IMG/VR virus record: IMGVR_UViG_3300044972_002389
Span: 264,604 to 328,603 of that record
Length of the DNA: 64,000 nt
Reading direction: 5' to 3' (one strand)
Positions 27,620 to 37,462 of this stretch are shown here, piece after piece. Numbering within the stretch: the first letter of the stretch is position 1; every line of letters starts with the position of its first letter. Made by a program: the position numbers and the translations under genes. Under the pieces are notes generated by a model that did not search any database, had not been told where the DNA came from, and was given only the letters and a program-made list of their open reading frames with translations.

Positions 27620-28310
27620 TTTAAATCGGCCCCACTTCTGCACTTGGTGTCAACAAGCATTTGCCAAAGAAGCAACCTTGGTTTCCCACAGTTGCGAACC
27701 AAGGCGCAGGAGTGAAGCCCAATACAATCCAGATGTCAAGCTGGGGTATGCATCATATCTATTGTTTAATGAAGGCACAGCACCGAAAAATACAACACTC
27801 AAGAGCAAAAGTTATCAAGAGTTTTGTGTTAGTAGGCATTACACTGAGTTTGTGCGCTTTGGCAATTGGTTGATTGAGCAGCAAGTTCAGGAGATTGAAA
27901 CATATGTGCGGTGGTTATTGAAACAAAAAGCTGATTTCAAAAAATGGAGTGATGTGCTGTTATACAACAGCTTTTTGAGTGAGCTGTTGCATGATGAAAC
28001 CCCTGAAATGGGATTGCAGAGAAGCTTGCGCACAGTTCAAAAATGGACTGAAGAGCAAGACTTGCCCATGCAAGACTTTTGGATAAAGGTAAATCCAAAC
28101 TTAGCTACTCGATGGATATCACAAGGCAAAATCAGCCCTTGGATGCTATATAATTGTAACAGCGCAGTGGAATTTTTTGAAAGATGTAATCCTGAGCAAC
28201 TGTATTTGATACAAACGGTTGCGCCAGTGAAAAAATGGAAGGTAAGACTGCTCCGTTATAAACAACAGGCTGATTTAATCAAAAGTGTGTTGACAGAAGC
28301 TGGAATGTAG
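27561..28310 (+). CDS. hypothetical protein with N-terminal Zn-finger-like motif
   Basis: CTWC..AF.KE.TL..H.CE; start uncertain. Confidence 0.55.
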   Translation: MTVVSKSSKTNSKKLPKAIDLNRPHFCTWCQQAFAKEATLVSHSCEPRRRSEAQYNPDVKLGYASYLLFNEGTAPKNTTLKSKSYQEFCVSRHYTEFVRFGNWLIEQQVQEIETYVRWLLKQKADFKKWSDVLLYNSFLSELLHDETPEMGLQRSLRTVQKWTEEQDLPMQDFWIKVNPNLATRWISQGKISPWMLYNCNSAVEFFERCNPEQLYLIQTVAPVKKWKVRLLRYKQQADLIKSVLTEAGM

Positions 28311-28319
28311 GAAAAATGC

Positions 28320-28634
28320 ATGAGTGATCGTTTGAATCTAGATATGTATGGAAACGAGGAAATGGAACCTGCTGCGCAGCCCACCTTGATCAGCAAGAGC
28401 AAGGTAAGCTTAACAAGCCTTGGCAAATTACAAAGTTTGGAAGTTGATGGCAAAAAGGTTGTGATGGTTGATCCTCAATGGATTGAAGATCTTGAACGAA
28501 AAATTATTCAAACATCACAAACCTGTATTGATTTACATAATCGTCTTATCAGAGCTAACAATAGTCTAACAAAGCTGACACAAAAAGTAGACACGTTGTC
28601 AAAACAAATGGATAGGATAACAGGTGGAACCTAA
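28320..28634 (+). CDS. hypothetical coiled-coil protein
   Basis: 104-aa ORF. Confidence 0.55.
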   Translation: MSDRLNLDMYGNEEMEPAAQPTLISKSKVSLTSLGKLQSLEVDGKKVVMVDPQWIEDLERKIIQTSQTCIDLHNRLIRANNSLTKLTQKVDTLSKQMDRITGGT

Positions 28635-29250
28635 AGTATTGGCATTCCTTGGCGATATTGACATTGACACTGGAGATAGGAAAAAACTGCTCAATGTAGT
28701 TCCACATATTCCCGCCAGTATTGTCAAGAACAACAAGTATTCCTTGCACAACAGCGGTGTATATTTCCACAACGTCCCCCAACATCCATTTTTGGAATGT
28801 TGCAGCATATCTTATGATGTTGCTGAAGAAAAAAACTGTTACAAAATTGATATACTTAACAACAGCATCTATGCTGGGGTACAAAGTGAGGCACATCTAT
28901 CACAGTTGATGAGCACTGCTCCAATGTGGGAACTTCTAGAACATGAAGAAGTTGTTAAGCAGCTTGCCCATATCAATAACCATTTTGATTTAGTACGCCG
29001 CTTGAAGCCCAAGAGCACTGTGCAATTGGCTATGATTTTGGCTTTGATCCGGCCTGGCAAAAGGCATTTGGTTGGGAAATGTCAAAATCAAGGTTGGCAC
29101 AGCCTTGATCCTGAAATTTGGACTCCTGACCCTAACCAAAACTACAGCTTCAAAAAATCACATGCAATCAGTCTCGCTGTGGCTATCCAAGTGCAGCTCA
29201 ACCTTCTGGTTGAATTAATTGCAAATGGCAGTTATAGTGTACAGGTATAA
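28624..29250 (+). CDS. miniature DNA polymerase III alpha (DnaE)-like protein
   Basis: DIDID, HNSGVY, KIDILN, ALIRPG and YSFKKSHA match family-C palm/finger motifs in order. Confidence 0.7.
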   Translation: MEPKVLAFLGDIDIDTGDRKKLLNVVPHIPASIVKNNKYSLHNSGVYFHNVPQHPFLECCSISYDVAEEKNCYKIDILNNSIYAGVQSEAHLSQLMSTAPMWELLEHEEVVKQLAHINNHFDLVRRLKPKSTVQLAMILALIRPGKRHLVGKCQNQGWHSLDPEIWTPDPNQNYSFKKSHAISLAVAIQVQLNLLVELIANGSYSVQV

Positions 29251-29262
29251 GGAGCAACATGT

Positions 29263-29706
29263 ATGAGCAAATCACTAGACTGGCAACACTCTGCCAATAT
29301 GTTTGGACACACTTACCATCTTACAGTGGGTGAGACCAAGGTATTGGTGCGCGAAAACCTGGAAAATGATTGGCTGTCTCGTCAAAAGAACATCAAAAAA
29401 CACTTTTGGTTCCGGGCACCCAAGATTTCCCTAGCTGATCTTGGAACCACACTAAGCTTTCTCAGTGAACTGGAAAACAACTACCTCCTGGAAGTTTTTG
29501 GCGAAAGTGAAGACAAACTCAGCGCCAGCCTAAAACTCAGTGACGAAACTGATGCTGCTACAGTGGCCTGGACTCTCACTGGCACTTGGATGAAGTGGAG
29601 CAAAGGTGACGAAAAGGATCTCAAGTCTCGTCGTCCTGCACAAGTGAAGGTAGGCAAAGATGGCAGTGTGAAGGTGAAGGTGCAGGTGACCTCACTTGGG
29701 GACTAA
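29263..29706 (+). CDS. hypothetical protein
   Basis: SD AAGGAG. Confidence 0.55.
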   Translation: MSKSLDWQHSANMFGHTYHLTVGETKVLVRENLENDWLSRQKNIKKHFWFRAPKISLADLGTTLSFLSELENNYLLEVFGESEDKLSASLKLSDETDAATVAWTLTGTWMKWSKGDEKDLKSRRPAQVKVGKDGSVKVKVQVTSLGD

Positions 29707-29911
29707 GTCCACTCTAGATGCTATTGAAAGAGCATTGACCTATATGACCTTGTTTGAGGTTTGGGACAGCCAAACACAGGAAACTGTGAAAACCTGGCTC
29801 AACCTCCAGGGCATAGACTGCTTGTTGCCTGAATTTACTGCCCCTGATCAGAGTGTCACAATAGCCATCAAACTAGATGGCTGTGTGCACTTTTTGATGA
29901 TCGGTGGCTAG
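29696..29911 (+). CDS. hypothetical protein
   Basis: Short packed ORF. Confidence 0.4.
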   Translation: MGTKSTLDAIERALTYMTLFEVWDSQTQETVKTWLNLQGIDCLLPEFTAPDQSVTIAIKLDGCVHFLMIGG

Positions 29912-30276
29912 CTTGTGCTCTTAACAAGCTGAACTGTGCGCTTTTTGCCACGCTTGTTAATAAGTGTGTCCAAGCTGGGTAAAGGGCCGCTTAACACAGT
30001 TACTTCTTTTCTCACAAAGGTCTTCAAACACCCTTTGAAGGGTCGGAACCGTTCCCGCAAGAACACATTGATGGGAATTTGGCGATTGCTACCCCACCAA
30101 TAGAGCTCTCCACATTGGATAATCTCTTTTTTCTGTTGGATGCTCATGGTCTGGTCAATCACATACATGTGCAGCATTGTGTTGTCAGCATTTTGAACAA
30201 TGCCAGTGTAATCTTTGTTGAGATAGCGGATTTCTGTTAAAAATGGCCATCTCTGTTGCGGTGTGTTTTCCATCAA
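29908..30276 (-). CDS. hypothetical protein
   Basis: TAAATA at 30281-30286(-). Confidence 0.6.
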   Translation of the reverse strand: MMENTPQQRWPFLTEIRYLNKDYTGIVQNADNTMLHMYVIDQTMSIQQKKEIIQCGELYWWGSNRQIPINVFLRERFRPFKGCLKTFVRKEVTVLSGPLPSLDTLINKRGKKRTVQLVKSTS

Positions 30277-30333
30277 GCCCTATTTAAGACACTCTTAAAT
30301 AGGTGTAAATCTTTTGTTGATGATGTTATCCCA

Positions 30334-31155
30334 ATGAGCTTGATATATCTCTACAGTTACAGACTGCCAGTTCAATTGAGCATGACTGATCATCGCGCCC
30401 CAAATTACAATAGGCCCATGATAAATTACAACACAAAAATATACAAAAACAACTACAACATTATTGATTTTGTTGTACGTAACAATGACCGCAGGCCTGT
30501 CAAATTAGTGGATTGCCAACTCAGTATCGTAATTGAGCATGCAGCTACACAGACAATAGTCCTGGAAAAATCTTGTACTGTAACAGATGAACTCAAAGGT
30601 AGAGCACAAGTTGTGCTAAGCAGCAACGATACATCCAATTGGAGTTTAGGCGGATATCGCTACCAAGTGAAAATCACCCGCCCTTATCAAAATCAAGAGA
30701 TGCTTTACACAGATATCAACAATTCCACAATTGGTGATTTTGATTTGTATGACAGTGTGGGCGGCACATTTATTCCCAGTGTTACACTCAAGGGTTCTGA
30801 ACTCACGCCCATAACAGTAGACTGGGATGAAATGAAAGAATGGTTGGTTAGTGGGGCTATTAGGGCAGAAAACAGTGTAGGTAACAACACTGGGCTATTT
30901 TCAGTTGCCTTCTATCAAACCAATTGGCAAGGGTACTTTAAAATACAAGCCAGTTTGGAAAACCTAGCACCAGTTGAGCGGAGTTGGTTTTATGTGGATC
31001 TCAGTCCAGGAGTAACTGAAGACTATTATGACAGCACAACTACCTCATTGCGGAGTTATACTTTTGCTATCAATTGTCGTTGGATCAGATTTGTGTGTAT
31101 TCCAGATCCAATCAATCGAGGAACAATAGATAAAATACTCTACAAAATAAGCTGA
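30334..31155 (+). CDS. virion protein with BppU-like N-terminal beta domain
   Basis: IDFVVRNNDRRPV.L...G.A.V.L...DT...G.Y.YQV pattern; late promoter at 30296. Confidence 0.5.
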   Translation: MSLIYLYSYRLPVQLSMTDHRAPNYNRPMINYNTKIYKNNYNIIDFVVRNNDRRPVKLVDCQLSIVIEHAATQTIVLEKSCTVTDELKGRAQVVLSSNDTSNWSLGGYRYQVKITRPYQNQEMLYTDINNSTIGDFDLYDSVGGTFIPSVTLKGSELTPITVDWDEMKEWLVSGAIRAENSVGNNTGLFSVAFYQTNWQGYFKIQASLENLAPVERSWFYVDLSPGVTEDYYDSTTTSLRSYTFAINCRWIRFVCIPDPINRGTIDKILYKIS

Positions 31156-31174
31156 AAGCTGACTATAATAGTGT

Positions 31175-32194
31175 ATGAGTTTGATACACGAACTAATTAT
31201 GCAGCATCTTCCAGTTCAGCGGAGAGTTACACCCAAAGGATGGGTAATACACAATGCAGTCTGTTGCAGCCATCGAGGCCACAAAGCTGATACTCGCATG
31301 CGCGGAAATCTTCGACTTTCAGAAGATGGTCAACTGGGCATCCATTGTTTCAATTGTGGGTTCAAAACAAGATTTGATGGCACTAGGTTAAGCAGCAGTT
31401 TTGAACAGTATCTTGACTGGTTGGGCGTGCCGCGAAGCAGCATTCAATCTTTGAAGATGGAAATATTACAAAAAGAACTGGATGGACGGATCTCGTCACC
31501 AGAATCTGTTAAGATCAGTTTCCAAAAATTCCCCACTGTTGAAATGCCTGAGGGCGCAAGGCCCATAGAGAGCCTTCTTTCCGAGTCTGAGTTTGACCCT
31601 GATTTTTTGAAGGTTGTTGAGTATATTGAAAGTCGTGGGGAAGACATAGCAGCTGGTTACGATTATTATTGGAGTCCCAACAAAAAACATCAATTGAACA
31701 ATCGTGTGTTAATACCCTTTTACTCACATAACCAAATTGTGGGGTGGACTGCAAGATATGCAGGCTCGCCACCGCCTGGAACTTCTCGCTACTTCAACAG
31801 CAGCATACCAGATGGATATTTGTTCAATAATGATGTGCTGGATATTCCTGGACGCAAGTTTGCCATATTGGTTGAGGGTGGATTTGATGCTATTGCCACA
31901 CAGGGCGTTGCAGCATTGGGCAGCGCTCTTAGTGAACAGCAAATATACCAATTGGTAGCCAGGGATCAAGAGATCATAGTGTTGCCTGACCGGCAGCGTA
32001 AGAATCAAGAATTGATTGACACAGCATTGATGTTTGGCTGGAGTGTGAGTTTCCCAGAGTGGGAAGATGATGTAAAAGATGCTGCTGAGGCTTGCAGGAG
32101 GTATGGTCAACTCTATACCATTACAAGTGTGATTCAAAGTCGCACAAAAAACGATGTTGAGATCGGCATCAAACGACAAATGTTTAGGGGATAA
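31175..32194 (+). CDS. DNA primase (Zn finger + TOPRIM)
   Basis: CC...HCFNCG, RVLIPF, GWTAR, LVEGGFDA, PD, KDAAE. Confidence 0.88.
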   Translation: MSLIHELIMQHLPVQRRVTPKGWVIHNAVCCSHRGHKADTRMRGNLRLSEDGQLGIHCFNCGFKTRFDGTRLSSSFEQYLDWLGVPRSSIQSLKMEILQKELDGRISSPESVKISFQKFPTVEMPEGARPIESLLSESEFDPDFLKVVEYIESRGEDIAAGYDYYWSPNKKHQLNNRVLIPFYSHNQIVGWTARYAGSPPPGTSRYFNSSIPDGYLFNNDVLDIPGRKFAILVEGGFDAIATQGVAALGSALSEQQIYQLVARDQEIIVLPDRQRKNQELIDTALMFGWSVSFPEWEDDVKDAAEACRRYGQLYTITSVIQSRTKNDVEIGIKRQMFRG

Positions 32195-32196
32195 CC

Positions 32197-33603
32197 TTGG
32201 CTGAAGCAAAAGATTACAACGAAGACGTGCAAAAAATGCTGGTAAGCGTTCTGTTGAGTGATGAAGAGATTTATGCACGCTGCCAAAACATATTGCAGCC
32301 CAAATACTTTGTGAACAAGCTGAGACCTGTGATGCGTTTTGTTATTGATTTCGCAAATCAATACAGGGCATTGCCTAAGCCAGCACAATTGAGTGCGCAA
32401 TTTGGTATTGATTTTGAAAAAATTGACAACATCAATCCCCAACTGCAACAAGCTTTTCTGGATCAAATTGAAGAGTTTTGTAAAAACCGAGCCATTGCAG
32501 ATGCTGTGCTGAGTGCACCAGAGTTGATTCAAAAAGGCAACTATGCTGAGGTGGAAAAGCGAGTCAAAGAAGCTATCTTAGTTGGGCTTACTAGTGACAT
32601 TGGCACCAACTACTTTCTCAATCCCCGAGAGCGGTTGATGCGAATCAAAAACTCAAATGGTCAGGTCAGCACTGGTTGGAAAACTGTGGACCAAAAGCTG
32701 TATGGCGGTGTGAACAGAAAAGAAATCACCATTTGGACCGCTGGTTCAGGAGGGGGCAAATCCGTCACTTTGCAAAACATGGCAGTCAACTTAGTGAAGA
32801 TGGGATTGAATGTCATCTACATCAGTCTTGAGCTTTCGGAAGAGATGATCTCCATGAGGTTGGACTCAATGGTGGCACATATCCCTACTACAGAGATTTT
32901 CAAGAGAATGGATGAGGTTGAGATCAAAGTGGTGCAAGCGGGTAAACGTGCAGGCACATTGTATGTGAAACAGATGCCTCAAGGCACAACTACTAACGAC
33001 CTGAGAGCGTTTTTGAAAAACTATGAGATTGAGACAGGGCAAAAATGCGACGCACTTATGGTGGATTATCTTGATCTCATGTTTCCTAACAACAAGAGAA
33101 TTGACGTTAGTAACCTTTTCATCAAGGACAAGTTTGTAACTGAGGAACTACGCGGGTTGGCAGTAGAGCGTAATATGGTGCTCCAGACCGCTTCGCAACT
33201 TGGGAGATCTGCGGTTAATGAAATGGAGCATGATCACAGTCATATTGCAGGCGGTATCTCGAAGATTCAAACCGCAGATAATGTGATCAGCATTTTATCA
33301 ACGCCAGCCATGAGAGAGCGCGGGCAGTATCAATTCCAGTTTTTGAAAACAAGAAGCAGCAGTGGTGTAGGCAGCAAGGTTATTATGGGGTATGATGTTG
33401 AAACACTGCGCATCTATGACTTGGAAGAGAATGAAAGCGAAGTGCCAGTAAAAACCGCAGCAGATATGATGGCAGACTTGCGTAGGAAAAACACTGGGGC
33501 AACAGGTGCTGCACCTATTCCCCCTGCAAATACTGATACCATGTCTGCTCCAGCAAACAATCTTGCTAAGCTCAAAGAGCTTACATCCTTGATCAGGCGA
33601 TAG
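32197..33603 (+). CDS. replicative helicase (T4 gp41/DnaB-like)
   Basis: AGSGGGKS, ISLELSE, VDYLDLM, TASQLGR, KTR. Confidence 0.92.
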   Translation: MAEAKDYNEDVQKMLVSVLLSDEEIYARCQNILQPKYFVNKLRPVMRFVIDFANQYRALPKPAQLSAQFGIDFEKIDNINPQLQQAFLDQIEEFCKNRAIADAVLSAPELIQKGNYAEVEKRVKEAILVGLTSDIGTNYFLNPRERLMRIKNSNGQVSTGWKTVDQKLYGGVNRKEITIWTAGSGGGKSVTLQNMAVNLVKMGLNVIYISLELSEEMISMRLDSMVAHIPTTEIFKRMDEVEIKVVQAGKRAGTLYVKQMPQGTTTNDLRAFLKNYEIETGQKCDALMVDYLDLMFPNNKRIDVSNLFIKDKFVTEELRGLAVERNMVLQTASQLGRSAVNEMEHDHSHIAGGISKIQTADNVISILSTPAMRERGQYQFQFLKTRSSSGVGSKVIMGYDVETLRIYDLEENESEVPVKTAADMMADLRRKNTGATGAAPIPPANTDTMSAPANNLAKLKELTSLIRR

Positions 33604-33951
33604 TTACTCTGGATTTTTGGCGCTGATCCGGCGCAACAAGCTCATGGCTTTGGTTGTATCATTGGGATCAGCCAGCACCAATTTCATGAATGCAATGCTA
33701 AGTTCTGCCATCTCTTGACGTGTGAGCTGATGTTCTCTGCCCTGACGTAATTTATTCCAGGCACGGGTGAATAAGTTTATGTCCTGCATACCAAGAATGT
33801 CAGCCAATTGCTTGGGCATAACACTCCCTTGCGTTGGCTCTATAGGCACCGTTTCCTTACTACCAGGAACCATTGCAGCGCCCGGTGAACTATCCAGTTC
33901 ATGTAATCTTTTAGCCAAGCTTCTCATTTGTTCTGTTAAAATTTGTGTCAT
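33604..33951 (-). CDS. hypothetical protein
   Basis: TAAATA at 33980-33985(-). Confidence 0.55.
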   Translation of the reverse strand: MTQILTEQMRSLAKRLHELDSSPGAAMVPGSKETVPIEPTQGSVMPKQLADILGMQDINLFTRAWNKLRQGREHQLTRQEMAELSIAFMKLVLADPNDTTKAMSLLRRISAKNPE

Positions 33952-34025
33952 AATGTGAGCCCAAAAACAGTGTCAAAAATATTTATGGAGTGAGCATAAA
34001 TATTCAAAAATTGGGTTGACAGGCT

Positions 34026-34280
34026 TTGAACAAACAGAAATCTATTATTGAGGAATTGGATTCGCTCGTTCCAGTTAAAAACAAACACTCAGTTATTGAA
34101 AGTAGAGCTGCTCATGTAATCAGTAGTGCTATTCACCTTATTGAGCAACTCCATGCCAGCTATGACGCAGAAGTAGCTGAAGATTTAACCAAACGGTTAG
34201 TAAAGAGCATCTTATGTAAAGAATCAACCAAATTTATGCGTAAGCTTAACACTGTTAAAAAAGGAAAAGGTCATGAGTAA
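34026..34280 (+). CDS. hypothetical protein
   Basis: After TAAATA at 33997. Confidence 0.55.
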   Translation: MNKQKSIIEELDSLVPVKNKHSVIESRAAHVISSAIHLIEQLHASYDAEVAEDLTKRLVKSILCKESTKFMRKLNTVKKGKGHE

Positions 34281-35214
34281 TGCCGAGGATATGAGAAAGC
34301 TCATAAACAGTGTAGCAAAGCCACAGCTTGATGAGGCTTTTGGTGCCCCTATGGGACTTGGGCGTGAAATAGCATTATGGGCAAAGAGTTTTAGTAACCC
34401 AGCCGCAGCAGCCCAACTCACAGCCGGTAATTACGCCAACCAATTGAATTTAGCATGGCGACAAGCAGGGTTGGAAAATGTTTCAGCAGCAGATTTCATG
34501 AAATGGTATCAACAAGTTCGTTTTGGCGGGAAAGAAAGCACTACCAAAATTGGTGATCAGTATGTGAATCAAGTTGTTGCCCAAGTAACCAATAACGATT
34601 TGAGCAAAATCTTGAATGATGATGACCTCAAGAAGATCTTCTTGGGTTTGGGACAAATACAGCAAAAAGCTGCAAACAAGCTGCACACTAATTTGTTGGC
34701 CAAAGGCACACAGCAACAAGAAGCTGAGGCATTACAAATAATGCAAAGCTTGAGAATTACATTACCTAGACTAAGTCAGTTCTCCTTAGCAAAATTGGGC
34801 CAGACAATTGCCGCTGTGCCGCTTGGAGGCTCTAGCGCAGCAAAGCAAATACCTATCAAGACTGTCAACGCGGGTATGATTGCGTTTGCTCGAGATTATG
34901 CTAGGATCCGACCCGCACCAGTTCAGCCTCTACCACAACCGTTCCGAGTCACTAATACCCGGAATCTCACGGTTTTGGAAAAACAAGCCCTTATAGGGAA
35001 ACTGGCTGATTTGGTGTTGGAAATAGTGATTGCTAATGATACAAACCTAGCAAGAGGAGGTGGCCCACAGCCACCCACACCGCCTCCAACGCCGCCCGCT
35101 AATCCTGTAAAAGACCTTACTGACCTGATAACAGACTTGCGCACGCAAGGATTTTCAGATGATATGATACGATTTATTATAGCAAACTTACGTGGAGGGG
35201 CGCCAACACCATGA
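34273..35214 (+). CDS. hypothetical (probable virion) protein
   Basis: N-terminus MRKLINSV...LDE; Pro-rich linker. Confidence 0.55.
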   Translation: MSNAEDMRKLINSVAKPQLDEAFGAPMGLGREIALWAKSFSNPAAAAQLTAGNYANQLNLAWRQAGLENVSAADFMKWYQQVRFGGKESTTKIGDQYVNQVVAQVTNNDLSKILNDDDLKKIFLGLGQIQQKAANKLHTNLLAKGTQQQEAEALQIMQSLRITLPRLSQFSLAKLGQTIAAVPLGGSSAAKQIPIKTVNAGMIAFARDYARIRPAPVQPLPQPFRVTNTRNLTVLEKQALIGKLADLVLEIVIANDTNLARGGGPQPPTPPPTPPANPVKDLTDLITDLRTQGFSDDMIRFIIANLRGGAPTP

Positions 35215-36611
35215 AAAATCATGTTTCTGATGCAGAGCTAATGCGTCAACTTTTAAACAGCATCGCAAATCCCAAGGCAACACGCTTATATGAAAGTGTT
35301 GCATTGCAGGAAGAGCAAGTGATCTTGGAAACTGAGCGACAGGTTCAAGAGAAATTGATTCCTGCTTTTCATGCAGTATTTGAGAGCTACAAAGGGCGGG
35401 TGCAAGAAGCTGACGCACAAGGCTACACTGACGAAGAACTCTTGGCGTTGGCTAAGAAATATCCCAACATACAGGACTTAATTGCTGCACACGCAAACCT
35501 ACGCGATGAACCAGCAACACAAGACTTAGACAAAGATAGTGCCTTGCGGACACTCAAAGGTGCCGCTGCAACCATCTTGAAAAAAACTCAAAGCAGTGAT
35601 CCTTTAGTGCCTCGGCCTGTGGAGTGGGTAGACAATCGGGAAGATAAACTTCAGCAATCCTTGAGCAAAGCTGACCCCAAAGGCAAATACAAAAAACTGG
35701 GTGCAATATTCCAAAAATTGAGCAAAGTTGTTAAAAACCATCCAAAAACAGCTAATGCAGTTGTGGGGCTAATGGGTGTGTCAATTCCTATTTTGGCATC
35801 AGGATATTGGTGGGCGGCTCCAGCAGCTCTTATTTTAACAAAGACCGTTACAGATATGCTGAACGGCGCCAGCTTTAAATCAGCTGTTGCAAAAAACATT
35901 ACATTTACTGCTATAGGGGCAGCAATAGGCGGCGCAATCCGTTATTCAGACGCAATATCCAATACATTAGATTCATGGTTAAGCGGGCAAAGTGAACCAA
36001 TTGGTACAGGTATCCCCTCTGGTGAAGTAGGATATGATGAACCGGACAGAACAGGACAGCAACAGGCTGCAACGTCTACAACAAAACAACAAATCGACAA
36101 CAAACTGGACGAACCTGATGAGCCAGGGGAAGCAGGTAGTGATGACGCCAGAGGCGCAGGAGGACCCTATTTCCCAGGGGAAGCAGGTAGTGATGACGCC
36201 AGAGGCGCAGGAGGACCCTATTTCCCAGGGGAAGCAGGTAGTGATGACGCCAGAGGCGCAGGAGGACCCTATTTCCCAGGGGAAGCAGGTAGTGATGACG
36301 ATAGCCAAGTAGACAGTCAAACATCTAGTGAGGCAGGTGACTATGCTCCAACCATCTCTATACCATCCCAAGAATACACTGTGCAAAGAGGCGATAATCT
36401 AAGCACCCTCGCACAAAAGAATAATCTCAGTGTGCGCGAATTGCTTGCTGCTAATCCTCAAATAACAAATCCTGATCAACTCAGGACCGGAGAAACAATC
36501 AATATCCCTTCTGAAACCGGCAGTAACACTTACGATCAGGGTGTTGGCACTAGATCAGACACTCAAGCGGGACTACGCAGCGGTCGCTTTACAAACAGAC
36601 AAGGATTTTAA
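35211..36611 (+). CDS. LysM-domain protein with membrane segments and tandem repeats
   Basis: C-terminal YTVQRGDNLSTLA...ELLAANPQITNPDQLRTGETINIP (LysM); central hydrophobic helices. Confidence 0.8.
   Translation: MKNHVSDAELMRQLLNSIANPKATRLYESVALQEEQVILETERQVQEKLIPAFHAVFESYKGRVQEADAQGYTDEELLALAKKYPNIQDLIAAHANLRDEPATQDLDKDSALRTLKGAAATILKKTQSSDPLVPRPVEWVDNREDKLQQSLSKADPKGKYKKLGAIFQKLSKVVKNHPKTANAVVGLMGVSIPILASGYWWAAPAALILTKTVTDMLNGASFKSAVAKNITFTAIGAAIGGAIRYSDAISNTLDSWLSGQSEPIGTGIPSGEVGYDEPDRTGQQQAATSTTKQQIDNKLDEPDEPGEAGSDDARGAGGPYFPGEAGSDDARGAGGPYFPGEAGSDDARGAGGPYFPGEAGSDDDSQVDSQTSSEAGDYAPTISIPSQEYTVQRGDNLSTLAQKNNLSVRELLAANPQITNPDQLRTGETINIPSETGSNTYDQGVGTRSDTQAGLRSGRFTNRQGF
36123..36300 (+). 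repeat. perfect 51-bp tandem repeat, 3.5 copies (PGEAGSDDARGAGGPYF)
   Basis: Units start at 36123, 36174, 36225 and 36276 (partial); identical at the nucleotide level. Confidence 0.95.
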
Positions 36612-36613
36612 CA

Positions 36614-37462
36614 ATGGCGTCACCCCCTAACTTCCCAAAATTTGGGCCAACTCCTACAGAGCGCGGCCTACCGCCGAGGCCGCGCACCACACAATCTACT
36701 GCTGCTGCACCAAGCGGTTCAGGAACTGGTCAGCTGTCTGCCAGAGTACAATCTCAATTAGAACTATTGCGTCAAGAGTTAGCCAAAAATGGGATCACTC
36801 CAGAAATACAAGCCCGCTTTCGCAAAGACAACCCTAATGAGTTCACTGGATCCGTCGATCCTGTTGCACCTTCTGAGCCCCCGAAGCAGGGTGCGACAGC
36901 TCCTACGCTTGCTCCTACGCTTGCTCCTACACAGCCTGGTGAGCCACCAAAGCTGGATTTTGCTAAATTTGCAAATGATGAGCGAGCCCGTTTACAAGAC
37001 AAAATTGAACAATTGAAAAAAGATCCCAAATATGCGTGGTTGACCCGTGGAGCACTTGGGCCTGATATCTTGCAAAAAGCGTTTTCCCAAGCTGGCGGGC
37101 CTACTCCCCAATCCGTTACTAATGTGCCTGCAACTGGTGCATCAGCCAGCAAACCTTGGGCAGCAGCAGACTGGGTACAACAAAAACAACAAGGGTTCCA
37201 GCGGGATACAAAACTGGCACAAGCCCTTAGTCCAAAAAAAGAAAAACCTTATCGCTTGAATATCGCCGGGGATAAAGTTCAATCAATGCAACTTCCAGCC
37301 TATGGCCAAAGTATGCCAGCTACCTCCCAGCCATCTACAGTACAGCCTAGTCCAGCCGCTGCCCTGTCTGCAACATCTGCTCCAAGAGCTAAAAGACAAC
37401 CAAGACAGCCACCAAAGGGCGTTCAACAAGTGAAAACAACAAAAGTAACCAAATACAAATGA
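36614..37462 (+). CDS. Pro/Ala/Gln-rich hypothetical protein
   Basis: Low complexity; APTL repeats. Confidence 0.55.
   Translation: MASPPNFPKFGPTPTERGLPPRPRTTQSTAAAPSGSGTGQLSARVQSQLELLRQELAKNGITPEIQARFRKDNPNEFTGSVDPVAPSEPPKQGATAPTLAPTLAPTQPGEPPKLDFAKFANDERARLQDKIEQLKKDPKYAWLTRGALGPDILQKAFSQAGGPTPQSVTNVPATGASASKPWAAADWVQQKQQGFQRDTKLAQALSPKKEKPYRLNIAGDKVQSMQLPAYGQSMPATSQPSTVQPSPAAALSATSAPRAKRQPRQPPKGVQQVKTTKVTKYK

Noticed and set aside
36123-36300. 51-bp repeats as a CRISPR array
   Set aside because: Head-to-tail with no spacers, in frame inside a CDS, and no cas genes
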